A stretch of DNA of 64,000 nucleotides from Lama glama (GCA_028534125.1 CM052816.1:71054001-71118000), one strand, 5' to 3'; counted from the stretch's first letter, positions 49,101-63,430 are shown. Numbers and translations: made by a program. The notes: generated from the letters alone by a model not told the origin.

Positions 49101-52100
49101 GCTCCAGTGATCAAATAGTGAACAAATTAAATAGAGTCCCTGTCCTCGGTAAATTTGTCATGCATATTAATTGGTATTCTTATTTTCTAGAAGAAACATA
49201 CTATTGGATTTGTTCAAATTATTTCAGTTTCTGCCCTCATGAAATTTATGGAGTCTGGGAGAGGCAGACATAATTACACAAACATTAATTACAGTTCTCT
49301 TAGATTCTATAGAGGAAAAGTATAGGTCTGAGTATATGCAACTAAGGGGCTTGAGCTCCCCTGGGGTAGGGGTTTGCTCTGAAAGCTGAAGGATGCTACA
49401 GGGTTAGAGAGGTTGATCTGCAGGTGGAGGACAGAGAAACTGTGATAAAATAACATAAGCACAGTGATCTCGTGGTTTTTTAGGGGTTTTAGTTTAGATT
49501 TGTAAAATCGTAGAGAGGAAAAGTCACTACCATTAAACACAACACGTCTAGTCACAGACTCATTGGCATTTAATTTGCTCCCCCACCCTCCCCTCCTCCA
49601 GCTCTATTCTTCTCCAACGTTGCTTTTCTTCAGAAAGTCCTTATTTTTATCATAAAATTCTCTCAGGAATGTTCATCTTTCTGGAACATTTAAGACAGTC
49701 TCTAACTGATCTTCTCACAGAGAAAATGGGAAATTCAATTCATTAAAGAGACTATATTTCTGATCTTGTTAAATAGATTGGTTTTATTAAAGAATCATTT
49801 CAAACCTTTAAAGATTATTACCCATTTGTTATAAAGCTACTTTTCAAATACTGGAGGAAATAAAAACCAATGAAAAAGATGAAAAGCAAATTGGAAAAAA
49901 AGAAGAAAACATGCTAAACAAACAAAAAGAATACCAAAAAAGCTTTTGTAAAAGTGATTTAAATTTTCCTATTAAGAGACAATGGACCTTAGATTAGCTC
50001 AAAATATGTCAAAGTTTATGATATTTACAAACAAAATGGTGCAAAACAGCTGAAAAAAATTTTTAAAGGAATGATATCCTAGATGTATAGGGCAAAAAGA
50101 GAAGAATTGAAACATTTGTATCATAGTAAATGGAAACAAAGTATTATTCTGTATCAGCAGGGAAAAATGCATAATGAAAAATATAACTGTCAAAAAAATC
50201 CCATATGCTAAATAAATAGCATTATATTGCAACATATAGATTGAAATTATTAGAAAACCAAAATAGATCAAAACACAATAGTTGCAGCAGAGTTAACAAT
50301 TCCTCTGATTTTGATATATGAAGAATATAAAGATGCTTTCAATGCTTCTGATTAAATGAGTACCTACCCACCTACACGTTATGCTCTACTATATATACAC
50401 ATACATAAATGTACATACACATAATTATCTGTATAACACATATATATTACATATTATATACATACTAAATAATAATGTATGTACTTTTCTGGATTCATTT
50501 TCTATTAGATATGTTTTCTCGTACTATTATATGTTACACTATTATGTTCTCTCTTGTTTGGAATCATGATTTGACGGGTATCTTCTCTTGACAAATTGTA
50601 TATTTATGATTATATAATATATAAATGATCAGCAGAAAGCAATTGTATGAGTCTGTGCTTATAATTATACATACATACATACATATGAAATAGAAGGAGC
50701 CAGCCTTACAAATAATGATTTAAAAAGAGAAAAACCACAGTCCAATTAGGTCCAATGCTTAATAGTCTATATTATACAATAGACTATGATAATATTATAT
50801 GATATCATACATATATGGAAATGAAAAAAATTTATGGTAATATATACTGCTATATATTATTATATTATGTTATTTATATAGTTATAGAGGATAAATTATT
50901 ATAAATTATAAATAACCTAAGTAGTATAATTATTCTAGAATTGCTAAATATACAAATATTTAGTAGATATATGCATGTATGAATGTATTATATATGCGTG
51001 CATATATTAAAACATTGTATTTACTCATTATGAATACTTCTCATTATGAATGAATGATATATTTATTCATTTATTTGCTTATTCATTTTCAAGGGAAACA
51101 GCCTCTCAAATCATGATTTTAAAAAAGGGAGAGAAATCATAATAGTAAACATTAGCTTTGTAAATACATTGTCACAAATACCATTAAATTTTGAAAACTA
51201 GATAAAAATGAAACCATAATACATATGTAAGGATTTCACATTAAAAGTCTTAATATAAAGTGTTATCTTTAGAATTAGTGTTTAAAACCAGTAGTCCAGT
51301 GTAAAATTACGTACTTGCTTCTAGGTGAAGCTGTTAATTTGAAAAACTTGTTCACTTTCTAGCCTCATTGAATATTTCTGTATGCTAATTTGGTATTCTG
51401 TGCTTTTGCACATCATAGTGTTTCAGATGTTGAATTGAAATTACCTGGTTTTTTTCCTTCTCCATTAAACTATTAACTTCTTTAAGGTGTAGCCTGTATT
51501 TGAATCATCATTTTATCTGAATGGCCTTGCCTGATATCTGCTCTACTAATGTAAGGAAAAGTGAGAGATGAAAAAGATATAAGGAAAAGACAGAGATGGA
51601 AAATATAAGATTGTGATGAGAAGTTACTGATAATTGTTCTTTTTAATTTTAAAAGGCTTTTTGAATGGAACATAAGTGAGCTAAAAATAAAAAGTATGTG
51701 AAAATGATATTTCAGATATGCTTTTTGTTTTCTCTTTTTCTTCTTACATATATATATATACACATATATAAGAACTATATATATATATAAGAACTCTCTC
51801 TCTATATATATATTTTAAGTCTAATGTCTAATTTATCATGCATATAAATTAGTTTATTTAGTCCCTGGTGGAAGTATAATATTGGTTTTAGTCAAATTGC
51901 TTCAATGTCTGGAAATAAATGTATTTTTAAATTTAAAATCAAATTGTTATTGACTGAGTCATGCTGAATTCAAAAAGAAGCTGAAATAAGACTTTTAAAT
52001 GTCTATCTTTTAATCTGCCCTAATAGAACAATCTTTATGCCTGGAATTGAATCATCTAACTACTCCAACTCCCAGATACTTTTCCATGACATTTAAAAAA

Positions 52101-53319
52101 CATTATTTTTGTAACTTCTCTATTCTAAAAAAAGAAGAAATATCATTAGACATAATTCAGCATACTTTCCAGTAAAAGTATACTAAAAATGCAGAAAATG
52201 TGTAACGTGTTTCAATTTGCTTGAATATTTAAAGCTTTTCCAAAAATATGTTTTAAAAACTCATAAGAAAATTATTAGAACTTCACAATAGTTAAGGACT
52301 ATCTACTATTTCAATTTTTGCTTTTATATTATCAAAGCATTATTTCAAGACTGTCCTATAAATTATTCTTTAAAAATTTGACTAGTTCCCTATAGTGGCC
52401 TTCAACCACGAATTATGTTATAGCAGAATATAATTACTTCCATTTCAAATTATTAAAACTAGATATCATATATCTGATGTTAGGTATCAATTATATATAA
52501 TCATACATCTAAATACTATGTAGCAGTGATTTCCTTTACTTTTTTCATTTGAAAGAACATCTTTTATATTACTTAAGATGTCAATATATTCATATATAGT
52601 TATATTTCACCCCCAGCACATTAGATCATTTTTTTACCCTTTACATCCTTAAAAATTTATTGTTTGCAATGCATATTTTTTTGGTTTGACTTAGAGAAAT
52701 ATCATCCATAGCATATACAGAAAGAGTTCAAGCAAGTAGTTTAATTGAAAAAGATTTTTTCATATTCAAAAAGTGAAATTCCTGCTGTTATGTGGAAAAG
52801 CATAAGGGTATTTGGTATAAATTATCCTACTTAAATAAGCTGTTAAAAAAACTGTGTAATATCTGATTTTTCTACTACTTTATATTTGATGATCTCACCA
52901 TTTAGAGAAATCCAGGTAAAAACTCAAATTCTTAAGGGATCATTTAATACAAATCTAACATGTGCTAATTGTAAACAATTATAGCAATGGAAAAGAGTAT
53001 CAACCAAAAAGCAAACCTCCTTCTCCCAGTGCCTCTCAAGCCCACTCTCCTATTATAACCAGTATAAATAGTTACTTCTTTATTTCTTTAAATCGTGTCT
53101 AGTTTAAAAGTGAGCCCTCCTTGTTCCTTAAACCATAGATAAGAATTCTTGGAATTCTTAATTTTATAGCCTGGTTAAAGTCAAATGTAAAGCCTGATTA
53201 ATGAAAAATGCCAGAATTCATAAGCTCATGATGTTCTCTTTCTCTGGGCTTCTGTGCCTCTACCCACTTATGCCTGCTTTTTTCACATTGTATTTTTATT
53301 ATTGATTACACAGATACTA

Positions 53320-54660
53320 TCAGAAGATCCGAGCTAATGAGAAACATGATTTGACTAATGATTTAGAAGAATCACTCTGACTGATAGACTAACAGGAGAT
53401 TGAAGGGACACAGGCAGAAATAAGGAGGCCAATCAGGAGATTACTGCAATAATCCAGTAGAGATACAATGGGCAGTGTCAGCAGGAGATGCTCAGAACTG
53501 GTCAAACACTGTATATCTCCTGAAGTTAATCCCAAGAGATGCTGCTGCTGGATTGGTTGTGAAGTGTGTGAACAAGACAAAAGTCAGGGATGATTCCAAG
53601 GCATTTGGCCTGAGCTATTGAAGGACAGAATTGCTATTTACTGGGATGGGGAAGACTGGAGAAAACAGGAAATTTGTGAAATTTGAATTGAGACAGCAAA
53701 ATCTCAAATGCCTGTTAGACATTTATCTTGATTTTCTATTGCTGAGATGCTGAATAAATACTTACATTGGTTTCCTACAGCTGTCACAGCAAATTCCCAC
53801 AGACTTTGGGCTTAAAACAACACACATTTATTATCTCACAGTTATAATGGTAAAGAAATCTAATCACACTGTGGCTGAGCTGGCTTTTCTTTCCTGTGTC
53901 TCACAAGACCAAAATGAAGGAGTTAGCAGGCAAGGGTACCTTCTGTGTAGGAGACTCTGGGGAATCATGCACTTCCAAGTTCATTAACTTTTTGGCAGAA
54001 TTCAGTTACTTGTGGTTGGGATCACCATTTCCCTGCTGGCAGGGAGCTGAAGGCCACCCTTCACTTTTAAAGCTCTTTCTGATCTTTACATGTGGCCCAC
54101 AGCATCAGAACCAGAAATGTCCTTCCTTCTCACACTTGAAATCTGTCAGACTTCTCTTTATGCTGCATGGCTCTGTGCTCAGCCAGAAAAAAAGGTTCTC
54201 TGCTTTTAAGGGTTCATGTGATTAGATTGGAGCCACTTGGGTAATCAAGGACCTATCTTGAGATCTGTCACCTTAATTACATCTTTGGAATCCCTTTTGC
54301 CAGGTAATGCAACATATTCACGGATTTGAAAGAAGTTGACATTTGGGGGAGAGGTCATTCTGCCCATCACAACATCCAAATGGATATTTTAAATAAGCAG
54401 TTTGACATAGCATGAATGGTATTTATGGGAAAGGTCCAGAGTAAGCATGGAAAAATGGAGAGAAGAGTCATTAGCCTATAGATGGTACATCAAGCCATGA
54501 CACTGGATAAAAGCATTAAAAAAAAAATCACGTAGATAGAAAAGAAAAGAGATTGAATACAGTATTTTCCCAGTACTGAGAAATTTGGGAATCAGGAAGA
54601 AACTGCAAATGAAGAAAGGCAGAACATATGGGCAGAGATACACGACTATGGAAGAGGTGT
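53320..54660 (-). mobile_element. LINE-2 fragment interrupted by an LTR
   Basis: gattactgcaataatccag...agtcagggatgattccaagg...aatgcctgttagacat, then it resumes acatccaaatggata...aagccatgacactggat after the LTR. Confidence 0.85.
53724..54371 (-). mobile_element. MaLR solo LTR, MLT1E/D-like, inserted into L2
   Basis: gcttaaaacaacacacatttattatctcacagtt...ttggcagaattcagtt...ttaattacatct...cattctgcccatcaca; flanked by acatt (53719-53723) and acatc (54372-54376). Confidence 0.88.
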
Positions 54661-54815
54661 CCAAATGCAACGTCCACTGTCACTAACTATTTGAATTAGT
54701 GGCAAATTATTAGCTGAGTCAGGTATATTATTTGGTTGGGTACGAGTTTTCACTAATTAACCTTTAAGATCCTTTGCACATTATAGTTTGACACCTATGT
54801 AGCACAAAAGTTAGC

Positions 54816-55333
54816 TTTTTTAAATTCTTTATTGAAGTACAGTTTACAATGTTGTGTCAATTTCTGGTGTACAGCGCAGTGCTTCAGTCATATAGGAACA
54901 TACATATATTCGTTTTCATATTCTTTTTCACCATAGGTTACTGCAAGATACTAAGTATAGTTCTCTGTGCTGTACAACATAAACTTGTTGTTTATCTATT
55001 TTATGTATATAAATTAGTATATGAAAATCTAGAACTCCCAGTTTATCCCTTTCCACGCCCCCACCCCTGGTAACCACAAGTTTGTTTTCTGTCTGTGAGT
55101 CTATTTCTGTTTTGTAAGTGAGTTCATTTGTCTCTCTTTTTTCTGTTTTTTGTTTGTTTGTTTGTTTGTTTTTTAAGATTCTGCATGTAAGTGACATCAC
55201 ATGGTATTTTTCTCTCGCCCTCTGGCTTACTTCAATTAGAATGGCATTTTCCAGGTTCATCCATGTTGCTGTAAATGGCATTATTTTATTATTTTGGGGG
55301 GCATTGTATGAATATACCACAACTTCTTTATCC
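54816..55333 (-). mobile_element. 5'-truncated lineage-specific LINE-1 3' end with TSD
   Basis: ttattgaagtacagtttacaatgttgtgtcaatttctggtgtacagc...ggttcatccatgttgctg. TSD caaaagttagcttt (54805-54818) / caaaattagcttt (55333-55345). Confidence 0.93.
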
Positions 55334-57691
55334 AAAATTAGCTTTATGTAATGAGTCAACCTATCTTAATTTTAAATCAAAACTGAACAATGCCTTAAAG
55401 CAGAACATTTCTTCATGAGTAAATCTTATTTTCTTTTTTATGCTGCTTTATTCATGTTTTTTATATTTGAAAATATTTCTATTCATTGAGATATTTTCAG
55501 CATAACATAAAAATTGCATTATTTTACATTTACTAGAATTAGTTATATTAATATAAACTGAGCTTTGTTTTCTCCACATGAATTCTTAAAATTGTGTCAG
55601 TTCATTTCATTTCAGTAAATTTATTAAGTTGGGAAAACATTTTGCTCTTCAATATGCATGGAATTTTCATTGAAAGAGCACCTATATAATTGTTATTAGC
55701 CATGTTGACTATGACATTTACCTACCATTTGTGTCATTCTCTCACAATTTTACTGTTGTGGCAAACTTGATTAAAATTCTGGGTTTTGGAACCTCCATTG
55801 TGGTAAGAATTTCTTGTGAAATTACTAACAGCTCCTAAAATCCAATCAAAATAAAATGTCAAACCCCCCTACATTTTCACTTTGGAAAGTTTGTTTTACT
55901 CTGTTTTCTTGTACCAGTTAGCCATGAAGTTAAACTAGATCTTAAACCTTCCTTGTGAAATTAAGATAGAATTAATAGACCCTGCTCCTGGAAAAGTGTC
56001 AAATGTGAACATTTGATTCTAATTGTTTTAGGATTTTATCTTTGCCCATAAGGTAAGTTCATCAACATTTGCAGCATTCAGTTCTCCTAAGCATTGGAGG
56101 AGAAAAAAGTTTTTTAAATGTGGGTGACTTTCCTTGACTAAAATACATATTTTTGTTATATCTCTTACAAGTGATACACTAGGCATATATTTTCTTTTTC
56201 TTTTTTTTAAAGAAAAATAGCTACATAAAACTGAATGATGAGGAACATCTAGGCATTCCTTCTTCTTAGTTCATTAATGAAAACCCTTTGAATCTTCATG
56301 AGCCAGACACTGAGGTGAACACTGGGGAACTGAGCAAGATTGCATGAGGAGTTAAACTTAGGTAATAAACTCAGTTACTGGGTCCCATATCTTCTCTCCA
56401 CCTCATTTCATCTGCCTTTACCAATTGACAAGTATAAAAAAATAAATCTGCCTGCCTCAAACATGCTTAGTGTTCCAAATACATTAATTAAAATGCAAAT
56501 TTTGGTAAAAAGACATTTTTAGGGAAAAATAAAAGAAAGTGGCATGGGAGACATACCTGGGACACAGACATCAGTGAAGCCCTGGTCCTCCGGCCGTAAG
56601 TGCAGAGTAAAACCCTGTGCTGACTTCATGATAAGCTTCAAGAAGAAGATTGTCGGTACCTTTCTCTTTCTATTGCAAACTGCCTTACATCATTTTAAAA
56701 ACTGGTTGAACATAAGTAATGGCATTGTAATGTCGGTATTATGTGTATCTGGTCCTAAGTAGTAATATTTCGTTTTGAGTATTACATTCAAAACATCAAC
56801 TTCTACCTGCCATTCATTCAAGAGTATCATTTTTATGTATGGTGGCTACTGAGTTCACCTGAGTATTTTGTCTTGGTTATCAAATTAATCCATCTTACTG
56901 CATCTGGAATAATTTTTGCATTCAGTTTTTAAAGCATGTGGTTCAATAGCAAGAATTGAAGTCAAAGTTTGTTTTGTTGTCACATGAGATGGTCTGTTTA
57001 AAACTATTAAGCATTGAATCTATTATGACTTCTGTTATGCTGAAGCAGTATATTATGGTAAAATCATCAGTTGTAACCTTGCTTTTTAAATTAACTAAGG
57101 AGATATTGTTTAAAGTATGGAGTAAGTTACATTTAACAGTGCCATTCCATTCATTACAGTTGGATGTAAATTGGGTGGCAGTCGTTTGAAATACTGCTGA
57201 TGTATCTTTAACTCCTTTCTATTTTCCCTTTTGATATCATGCATGACTAGGGAGCTGGCAAAAGCCGAGTGTGTAGCCTGAGCTAGCCTAATGATGCCCT
57301 CGTCCTCTATCTGTGAGCTTTTGCATAGTTTCAGCCCCCTTTGGAGGAACGGTTCAATAAGCTCCGCTGTTTTGAAACAGTGCCATTTAATGAACTCCTT
57401 AGAAACCCTCTCCTATTGCTCGTTTTTATCTCTGTTTCTTTCTTAACCATCGCACTCTCATTGTGAGATAAAAGTGAAATATGTTCAATAGTTACAGCTG
57501 AAAGAAAGACTCTGCCAAGTGGATCCTGGATGTGCTCGCTGGTACTTTTAGAAGGTTTGGATGGAGAGGCTGTAACCTGATCAGCGGTAAACGCCACCTC
57601 GGTCACAGTTTTGCCGCTGCTGCTGGCACAAAGATATTGATTCTCTACTTCCATGTCTCTTTGATGTTGCCTAACAGCATTGATGTAGAAA

Positions 57692-57715
57692 ATATATATA
57701 TATATATATATATAT
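57692..57715. repeat. (AT)n microsatellite
   Basis: Read directly. Confidence 0.95.
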
Positions 57716-59779
57716 CTCGACAGATTTTTGCTAGACATGCAATCAAGGTGTTGTTCTTGGTGGCAAGTGCAGAAATGAAATTTTCTTTTTACTTGAGTAT
57801 TGGAAAATAACTTGTCCTCCAATGCTATATAGCTATTTTAGATTAAAGTTGTTCAAATTTTGTGGGTGTGAGAATCTCTGTAGACTTGGTAACCTATATA
57901 CTGTTAACCTTTTCCTAGTAGGAAATTTAATTCCTTAAAATTCCTGGAACTAAGATTGGATTTTTTTCACTCTTTACTAAAAAAATCTAGGGGAAATTTT
58001 ACTGCTATGAATGTTTCTATGTCCTTCAAAAGAAATCATAGTACATTTGGCAGAAGCTCCTGAAAAGTCTGAATTACACACAAGCTCTCATTCCGTAGTT
58101 TAGCTAACATGCGAGCCCATTTCTGTTAATGAAATTCATTTACTGCCTCCCTTCTGCATTTTTTGGCCAAGTACACATCTATAGTTTTATATTTCTCAGA
58201 AAATATTTTGTCAGAAGGACCCAAGAATTTATGAACTACTTCCCACAGATGGGTGAAATCGTACTGATGTGCTCTTACTTTCAGGATTCAATAATTCAAT
58301 GATGTGTCACCACCTTTGTTAATCAAAATTGCTTTAGCTGTCTTTTTTACAAAACAGAAGCAAATGTCATCCTTTTCTTAGAACAAGCTCCTTATGAGCT
58401 TTACCTTTTCTCTACTCTTAAAATCATCGTGAAGACCGAGAAATCTACCAAGAAGATCATGCATATAAACAAACTTGGACGTTTTTATAAAACTAATTGG
58501 CCTCTGTCTTATCCAGACTGGAATTTGCTCCCTTACTGATAAATACTGAGTTGCTAATCTTGTCAACATATGCTTAAAAAGATCCCTCAGAAGCAGCATG
58601 GCTTTTCACTGCCTATTCTCTGACAAATTTAATTCAATTGAAATTTTGGCTTCTAGAGACATATTTGAAAGAGTTCAAGGGGCTTTCAGCTGTGTATCAC
58701 AACCATTTGACCACCATTTAATCGTAGGCAAGTTTTCTCAATTACTATTTGGCTGTATATATCACGTGTGGCATTTTCACGCTTAAGTGTTTTAATATTT
58801 GCCAATATCTTCCTCTTTAAATAGAGGTACCATCCTTGAAGCACCTGAATTCTGTTTGAATTACCTCATGAAAGGGAAAAAATTAAATTATCTAGTGACA
58901 GAAAACAACGTGTGGCCCAGCACTATGACAGCACTGTGACAACATCACTGTGATGTGAGTTGCACACACTGGAGAGAAAATAATATCTCACAGTAGGCTG
59001 TATCCCCAGAATCCCCAGAATGTGATGATATCATCATAATTCACATTTTTAGTTTCTTATCTCAGTGCTCATATTATGGGTTATTTGAATAATTTGCTGG
59101 AGAGTAAAATTTTAGAGAAGTATATGGGCCCTATGGACCTAGATACCAGCAAAGTACTGGAGATACTGTTTTTAAACTGTGCTGCTTTATTTGTTTTTAT
59201 TTAAGATTATGTTACCACTACTGACCAGATTTTGAAAACTACTGTGCTGAGAAAATTCTCTGACTTTGCAAACTCTTCAATGTCCTTTTTGAACAAGGAA
59301 AATATGCTTATGAGCAGTTTAAATTAACTGAAATTTATGATTCATAATTGGGCAATCTTTGAAGGTAGTTATTTTGAGATGTTCAACAGTAGCAATGAAT
59401 AGTGGAAATTAAAACTATTGATTTTCCAAATGCAGAATGACCACTGTATTTTTTGATCAAAGTTAACAGTGATTTCCTACCTAAGAACAATTTTATTTTC
59501 TTATTTGAAAAATAAAGCTATTAAGTTCTCATTTAAATATTTTAAATCTTCAGTCTATTAAGGAAGGAACATTTTGTAGCAGATTAAAAACAAGCCCCCA
59601 AATTAGAAATTCTAAGCTTTAAACTCTCCAAAGGACTCTTTGGTCTCTTTTGAGACCTTCCCGTGGGTAAAGAAAATCATGAGCTTTATACTTGGCAAAC
59701 CAGATACGGTGAATTTTTGTAACTCTTTAATTGGCTTACTGAAGAGTACTTGATAGTTGATACTTTCTGAATTACATAT

Positions 59780-60130
59780 TTTTAAAAGTCGTATCTATTA
59801 AAATACAATTCATATGTGATAAAATTTACCCTGCTTACATATAGTAGTTCTGTGAGTTTTTGCAAACGTACACAGTTACACATTTCTGTCACCCCTAATA
59901 ATTAGCTTAAATGCTTTTACCCTTCGACTCTGGGCACAACTCATCTATTTTCTGTCCTTTATAAGTTTGCCTTTTCCAGCATACCATGTAAATGAAGACA
60001 CTCAATATATAACCATTTGCGTGTGAGTTCTTTTCATTTAGCTCAATATATTTGATATGTGTCCATCTAGGTGCACTTCAGTAGTGTGTTAGCTTTTATT
60101 GCTCACTAATATTGTATCATAGGGACGTCC
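59780..60130 (-). mobile_element. Old LINE-1 3' end (L1MB class)
   Basis: ataaaatttaccc...ttctgtgagtttttgcaaacgtacacagt...ttttctgtcc...tttgccttttccag...ttcttttcatttagc. Confidence 0.75.
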
Positions 60131-63089
60131 AACTTACACGCTTTTAGACCAATACTTACCTTCTGTTTTTAAAATATAAAATAGTGTTTTAAGAAAATAG
60201 CAGGATGCTAGAAAGTTTTTTTTTCTTTTCATGTTGTATATTTCAAGAAGGCCTTCAGAAATAGAAAATTGCATATTCACCCTCTAAAAACATGAACATC
60301 AGTACTTTTGTAGGAAAGCTGTATAATAAATAGTGCACAGTCTTTCGGATCAACATTAAAATTCGCTTTGAGTATGCTTAACTTGGAGTCCATCAGAAAT
60401 GACTTTGGCTTGGCCACTGCCAGTGAAATAGGTAATCTAATTAGGGAGAAGCTGACTCAGCATAGATAACTCCAGAAAAGACTGTCCAAGACCTTTCTGT
60501 ACCCTTGCAGGCATCATAAGTAAGATTTCTTGGCTCAGGCCTCTGTGTTTTTTCCAGGGCCAGTGCTCTTGATTCTTCTCTTTGGCATTATTCCATTTTG
60601 TAGATTTGTTAAATCTCTGGCTCAAAAATACTATTTTCCAACTTCTATACTGTGTTTACACCTGAACTGCTAAACACAGCTACCACTTAAATATTGTTAA
60701 GGAGCACTGATCTATAATGACCATTTTGTACCATGAAAGCCCTAAAAAACACTAGTCTCACTGCCAAGTTTGACTCTCCCTGTAGAGCCTATTGTGGGAA
60801 TTACCATGCTGAAGACTGCAGACTCCAAATTAAATTCTCCAGCTACATTATCCATAGTGAAAGAGACTCCACTTACCTAGTTCAGCTCTATGACAATGTC
60901 CCTTATGTTTAAATTGGACAGCACAGACATAAGTCCTCCTCCCATAATAATTTTGCAATTTAAAAGAATGGATTTCCCTTCCTATTTATAACATTAACAT
61001 TACTATTTATTAGACCTTTGTGAGGCATAGACCTTGACATGGTAAGTGTTATTTTTACATTGTATTGATTATTGTAAATGCTTACTTATGTCATAGATAA
61101 TAGAAGATATCTATCACCCAACTTGTGCCTCACACCACCAAAGATATGACACGGTACACTTTCAGATTAATTCTGAATGGCAAGTTACCTTTCTTTAGAC
61201 ACATATTTGAGGCACAGAATTAAAGACACAATAGGTTTGGAATGAGAGAGAAATACATGAAGAAATTTCAATTCTCAGAGGGTTGTAGCCTGTAGCAATT
61301 GATAAATTCTGCAATCCCTTTAAACCCAAGAAATAAACCACTAGGCCGTTAATGATTTTAATAGACTCTTCCATGCTCTGCTTTAAAAAAATATATAATA
61401 CCAAATCTTGTTACCTATAGGGAGATTGATCAATTACATAATAAAGTCACTTGAATCAGTTAACAGCTTGAAAAGTTTAAATTTTAATAAAAGTACTTGC
61501 ATATTATTTCTATCTTAACTTCAGGAGATTTTCTTGACACTTGCAAAATATCCTGATTCTGCCACTGTTGTTCATTGCAACTCCTGTTTCCATGGAGAAC
61601 TCTGATTAAGTCAGGTTTTATTATAGCTGAATCAATATTAACTTCTTAAATTGACTTATTATTGCAAGACTTTTGGGCATAATGAAAGGTAAGGGTGGCT
61701 CTAGAAGGGAAACATTAGAGGATAGTTGACTGCATTCTTGGCATTCTACTCAGTATTTCAAAACTCCCTGTCAAAAATGGGGCAATGGAATTACGAAGTC
61801 TGGCTTTTTGTTCCTAAATTAGCCTTGGCTCAGTAATTTTCCAAAGCATTTCTGGTCTTTGTTTAAATGTAGCAAAATGCAGAGTATATGTGTTAAGTTA
61901 AATATGTTAATGAATTTTGAGAATTAAAATTATACCACATTTATAGAAAATTCCTTAAAAGGAGAAGTAATATAGAGAGGGCAGTAATTTCAGGGGAAGT
62001 GTTTAATTTTGTGGGTTTTTTTCATACATTAAAAAATCTTAATGAAATAACTGTACATTTACATATACCACAGCACCCTTTCCAAAACCACAAAATCAAA
62101 TAGAGTGTAAAATTTAGAAAATATTTTGCAAATTTAAAATAAAACTCAAAGGTTAAGGAAAAATGACATATGAATATTTTTCTTTAAAATATTCAAGTTG
62201 ATAATTGATCCTGGCTGAGTTCATTATGAAATTGCTCAGTCTTCATACTGTCAAGAAGATTATGTATTTTATTTATACCTTTATTATAAAGTTGCTTATA
62301 TATACATACATAAGTAGAGAATTTTTCAAAGAGATGAAGAAAGTTGCCTTGTAAATAAGCTGATTCAGCATGTTTGCATCCAGTGTTTGACAAATTGCTG
62401 TCAGAAATAATAGCAGAGGAATGTAAATTTAGATCTAACTAAGGCTTCCATAAATATACCAAGAGAAAAATCAAATGAGCAAACATAGTTGCTATGTACA
62501 GAAGTGTGCTAATGTTAATAAAAATTCAGGAACTACTTAAATAACACACAGAGCACATCAGCAGTGTTGGCATGTCATGCAGAATGCTTTAAATATTTTA
62601 GCCATACTTTATTTTTATGTATACAAAATTTGTACATAGGTATTTTGGCCATATGAGTTATTAATTGTATAAACATTTATTGTATTACTGTTTAGCGTAA
62701 AGCAAGGGTGTTACATTGTTTTATTTTTTTCTCTATTACGTTGTTTTATTTTTGCTCTAAATAATTTTAGAATTATTTTTAAGAAGAAAACTACTTTAAC
62801 AGTAACTACTTTGTTAGTCATTCTCTTCATTTTATACATTTAAAATACAATAATAAATGACATTTATTAGATAAAATGTCAGTCTTAATTACTAAAGTAT
62901 CAACATTATTAATTATTTAATTTTTTTTCTTAAAATTGGGTATGTTAACTAAAACTAAGGCAGTAACACGATCTGGCTCACTGTTATCCAAGTCGTGTCC
63001 TAAAAATATTAATAGATGTTTCTTTAAAGTAATTATATTTCAGCATTTTTCTTCTAAAATTTATTTTAAATCCATAGTAAATATTATAT

Positions 63090-63430
63090 TGGACCCAGAT
63101 ATTGGTTTCTAATAGTATTCTTCAAATAAAGGAAACCAGAGTTCCTTGGAGAAATGGCTGATTCTGAGACTAAGAGTAAATTTCAAAAATGAGGCTGGAG
63201 TATCTTGTAGTGGAGAAAAAAGTTAGAAAACTGTTGTAAACACATGCACACACTCACATGAAAAAATGTCAAAAGAACAAGAAACACAGGAACCAACCGA
63301 GAGAACTCCCAAGAGCCAAAGCTGAAAGAGTTTGACAAACAAATTAAGCAGTATTGGATTATAACCCAAAGTATAATATTAATGTGAAGAAATTATTTTA
63401 TATACTTATATACAGAAATTATTGAATAAG
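63090..63430 (+). mobile_element. LINE-1 3'UTR fragment (L1MD/L1MC3-4-like)
   Basis: cccagatattggtttctaa...ccttggagaaatggctgattct...ggagtatcttgtagtg...gccaaagctg...gtattggattataacccaaagtat. Confidence 0.85.

Noticed and set aside
57331..57822. Longest gap-free ORF (163 aa, minus)
   Set aside because: Starts at a non-ATG codon, reads through an (AT)n microsatellite (YIYIYI) and has no recognisable domain.
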